64,000 nucleotides of DNA from positions 540,028-604,027 of the forward strand of contig JARFYF010000072.1 of the NCBI GenBank assembly GCA_030265395.1, read 5' to 3'. The position numbers and the translations under genes were made by a program. Under the pieces are notes generated by a model. The model had not been told where the DNA came from. It worked only from the letters and a program-made list of their open reading frames with translations, and did no database searches. How positions within the stretch are numbered: the first letter of the stretch is position 1; each line of letters begins with the position of its first letter. The DNA comes from Rhina ancylostomus. Its lineage: Eukaryota. Positions 60,801-64,000 of the stretch are shown in pieces.

Positions 60801-63273
60801 TGAAAGGATATCGACGTGAAACATTTCTCTCTCCACAGATGGTCCCTGATACCATGCACAGGCAAGCCAAGATAAGGACAGACAATCTCTTTTACAGATA
60901 AGGATGTGGGAATCAGCTGAGATTTTGAGATGATCAGGTTTTTCGCCGTCATTGGACAGATTGGTTTAGTCACATGACGTTAGCTCTCACCAGCTCGAAA
61001 CCTGAAGCATATGTTTGAGGGAGGGATACACAGATATATATTTTGTCTTCCGCAGTGGGGTTCTCCAGATTAAGAGGGCACAGTTCAGAATAATGGGTCG
61101 CCTTAATCCGAAGGATATGACGAGAAATTTCTTCTCTCAGAGGGCGGTGAATCTTTGGATTCTCTTCCTGTGTGGAGTTGGAAGCATTGAGCATATTCCT
61201 GGCCAAGCGAGACATATCCTTGGCCTATTACAGAGAGAAGGGCTTTTGGGAATGGCAGCTAAGTTGCACTGCGGCCAAGATCAACTGAGCCACCATCTCA
61301 TTGGATAGAATAGGCTCAAGGGGCTGATTGGCACTCTCCAGCTTCTGCTTGTCACATTGGGATGGTGCGTTTAAAATGGGCGATGCCCAAATTAATAATA
61401 CAGGCCTCTCCATACGACCAGTGCAGTGCAGTGGAGCGGAAGTCAGTACTGACGTGATCCACTGACCTGTGCTGAACGCCACCCCACTGCCCCCCGGTCG
61501 TGCATGGGTGGTGTTTTCACATTCACCGGTGACATATGGGTTCCTCCCGGATGCTTCGGTTTCCTCCTGCATCACAAAGACGTGCAGAGTCGGTGGGTAA
61601 TTCGGCCGCTTCAAACCTCACTGAGCGGAGCTGGTTGGCAGAAGAATCCGCTGGGAGGTAATGGGCAAGTGAGGGAGAATTGGTTGCAAAGGAAAATAAA
61701 TGGGGAAAGAGACGGGTGAAGGGCAGAAAGTCCCTTCTATGTCGTGGGGATATGAAAAACACGTTGATTGCTGTACTATCGTGGTCATCATAAATGGCCG
61801 ACTGGCAAAACGACTGAGTAATGTTAAAGCGAATTTGGAAAGTTAGCAACGTGTGAAATGCCCTCGAGAAACACGGACTCCATCGGTTGACACGACAGAA
61901 GGAACGCAAATTGTTCTGCAGCAAATCATTGGTCACTTTTGGACATCAGGTCTGGAGAGTATTATTCAGATAATTTTTCAATGAAAAGTATTTACCTTCT
62001 TGCATTCTTCTTGATTAACCAGGCAGCTAATCCACTCACAAGCACCACTCCAGCAAGAACACCAATCACATTCCCAGTTTTCACTCCAGTTGACAAACCT
62101 ACAGGAGAAGGGATTGTTTTGTTTTTCTGAAAATGTAGTCGNNNNNNNNNNNNNNNNNNNNNNNNNNNNNNNNNNNNNNNNNNNNNNNNNNNNNNNNNNN
62201 NNNNNNNNNNNNNNNNNNNNNNNNNNNNNNNNNNNNNNNNNGTTTTTCTGAAAATGTAGTCGTGGAAATAATGACAAGGAATCAATAGAGCGTAATAAAG
62301 GAAAGAAAAACGAGTGGATGTCTTTTCTATTTTTCCTAGTTTTGCTACCCTCAACTCAAAGTTTTTGCTGTTTGAAATGACGGAAAATAAGTGGCAGCTA
62401 CTCTATCTGGAAAACTATGTGCTGTAGACTTACGTTAACTCAACGGCTTCCTGGATAACAAGTGAATCCCATGGCACCCTCTATCATGGCTGATACGCTC
62501 CCCAACATTTAATGTCCATGAAAACACGGCATCTTATTTTCCTTCGATGAGCAAATTAGACAGCAGAGGAGATCGCGAAAGTTGGAAAATAAAATTGTTG
62601 AGAACTTTAAGAAGGCAATCGAAACGGAATATGGACCCAAACATTTACTTACTCCGTGTGGTTACCTCGACAATGAGGTTGCTGCGTTTCATGGTTACGC
62701 TGTTATAAACCTCACAGGTATAATTTCCACTGTCAATCGAGCTTACTGCCTCGATGGTGTACTGCTGCCCCGTCTGTAGATGATTTGTCTCATTGTACCA
62801 TTTATATTCACCACTGGGGACTGACTGGGCAGAACAAGTTAAGGTTAGAGGTGAACCAATATCTGCCACAACTGGACCCTGCGGAAGAATAGTGATGTTG
62901 TATGGTCCATCTGCAAACAGAAATCGAGAAGATATGTCGTTTCTGTAATCACTAATATTAAATGCAAAATAATGTATTGAGCTACCTGCGCACTTACAGT
63001 TAACTTGCACGTCGATTTCTGCACTGCCACTATTGTAATCATTGCTTGCGATACAGTTATATGTTCCTGTGTCAGTTCTCTTAACAGGGGTTATGGTCAG
63101 ATAAGCTTTATCTGGAGATGTAAATATTCTGTCATTTTCCTGGATGGGTAGGTCATTCTTCAACCATGTTCGTCTCAGAACAGTGCCCTGCGCGTTACAA
63201 GTGAGTACAACTGTATGCTCATTTTCCACAGGTCTGACTTTGCTGAGTGCTATAATGACATTGGACACGGGTT
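57743..63273 (-). CDS. CEACAM-like gene F, 3' part (5' end outside window): A 63273-62998, B 62910-62653, TM 62098-61996, cyt1 60558-60509, cyt2 59328-59264, cyt3 58210-58172, cyt4 57856-57743
   Basis: All seven exons are open and phase-compatible, with canonical AG/GT, and each is homologous to a gene C exon. Confidence 0.82.
58172..58210 (-). CDS. Gene F cytoplasmic exon 3
   Basis: TATCCACAG|RTAHRPHGSSIYI|GTAAGG. Confidence 0.78.
59264..59328 (-). CDS. Gene F cytoplasmic exon 2
   Basis: TTTCTGCAG|..SLITGVGRSSFAFENIRRNQN|GTTGGT; 65 nt. Confidence 0.7.
59935..60480 (-). mobile_element. CR1 LINE 3' fragment
   Basis: LLEVYIIMRGMDEV..RDTFFTQRVVDEWIWIAEEVVEGG..FIKHL. Confidence 0.8.
60509..60558 (-). 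CDS. Gene F cytoplasmic exon 1
   Basis: TTTACACAG|G FKFLGTSYMTLKSEAN A|GTAAGT; phase 2-1. Confidence 0.72.
61415..61740 (+). mobile_element. Decayed V-SINE-like element
   Basis: tgggttcctcccggatgcttcggtttcctcctgcatcacaaagacgt matches the core of the SINEs at 18991 and 39898 in the opposite orientation. Confidence 0.6.
61996..62098 (-). CDS. Gene F transmembrane exon
   Basis: CTCCTGTAG|..LSTGVKTGNVIGVLAGVVLVSGLAAWLIKKNAR(R)|GTAAAT. Confidence 0.85.
62653..62910 (-). CDS. Gene F IgC2 B-type exon
   Basis: YGPYNITILPQGP..GSPLTLTCSAQSVPSGEYKWYN..DSGNYTCEVYNSVT..|GTAAGT; 258 nt. Confidence 0.9.
62998..63273 (-). CDS. Gene F IgC2 A-type exon
   Basis: EPVSNVII..PVENEHTVVLTCNAQG..WLKND..SPDKAYLTITPVKRTDTGTYNCIASN..|GTAAGT; 276 nt. 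Confidence 0.9.
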
Positions 63274-64000
63274 CTGCAAATACAAATAAAAGGGAAACTG
63301 GAGTTACTCATTTTTACCGCAGTCTACTCATATCAGCTGGGCCTCTGTTCATCAAGTTAACATCGTCACCCTCAGTGCGAACAACTCTCTCTCTCTCCCC
63401 CTCCATCATCCGTCCACATATTCACATTTGCCATGCTGTTAAACCCCTCATAACTCCGTGTGTCCAAAGTGAACAATCCCTGATTTTCCACATCATTGAA
63501 TTTCCTCATCCCTGGACGTTCTCTTGAATTGTCCTCCTCACCCTCTCCAATGACGCTAACCTTCATTGAAGGCAACTGACTGGGAATTCTGACGGAACAG
63601 GCAACTCGGAACACCGCCAGAAGAGCAAAATCAATATTCTATCTTTTTTAACCAAAGACATCCCTTAAACACCAGATTAGTTTGCTGTTTTTGAAATGTG
63701 CGTTCACAACGGTCTTTTTCTGTTTTTACAAATAACTGATTCATCATCAGATCGTAAAAGTTAATATTTAACCAATATACTGTCGGCTTTTTTGATCACT
63801 GAACTTACCTTTCCCCAGAGGTCCAATATTGATTTGACAATAACTCACAAGTATATCAGCAACAGGTGGAATTGTCACCGTTCGGCCCCTTGGGCCTGCT
63901 GTGCTGTTCAATGACGTCATTGCTGCACCGTTCCCTAGAACCCATGACTTCCCCCATCACCCAATGCACCTCCGTCTATGTCGGCCTTGAACATTCCGTG

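Noticed and set aside
62121-62262. 21-bp direct repeat flanking a gap (gtttttctgaaaatgtagtcg)
   Set aside because: Most likely an unmerged contig overlap rather than a target-site duplication.
63800-63850. Strong minus-strand donor (AAG|GTAAGT) near 63808 as an additional gene F exon
   Set aside because: Upstream sequence does not translate to anything Ig-like.
1-64000. Prokaryotic systems (CRISPR arrays, operons) or RAG recombination signals beside the V-like exons
   Set aside because: The sequence is intron-containing vertebrate DNA with no repeat-spacer array. Each V-like exon is complete, ends in a splice donor, and shows no adjacent CACAGTG heptamer.

Overview
This is draft-assembly vertebrate DNA with many N-gaps, most likely from a cartilaginous fish (shark or ray). 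That assignment is inferred from HE1/V-SINE-type tRNA SINEs plus dense CR1, Rex/Babar and Penelope-type repeats. The window holds a tandem cluster of CEACAM (CEA-family) immunoglobulin-superfamily genes, reconstructed here by hand from splice sites and reading phase. Genes A (minus, 2646-3172) and B (minus, 10422-10950) are recent tandem duplicates showing only a leader and a Cys-less IgV-like N exon. Gene C (plus, 14814-28280) is L-N-A-B-TM plus four cytoplasmic exons. It carries an intron-split ITAM (YMGL-x7-YSDL), an Arg in the TM helix and a damaged B-exon donor. Gene D (minus, 37018-49324) has a nonsense codon in its B exon and appears to have lost the A2-B2-TM-cyt1-cyt2 block, but keeps intact ITAM exons. 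Gene F (minus, 57743 to beyond the window end) has an otherwise homologous tail lacking the second ITAM tyrosine and the YEN tyrosine, leaving ITIM/ITSM-like motifs. Several pseudo-exons lie between the genes. The best candidate for an undescribed system is a rapidly diversifying activating / non-activating / soluble-decoy CEACAM receptor set in a chondrichthyan. Exon structures are predictions with no transcript support, and gaps could hide exons.
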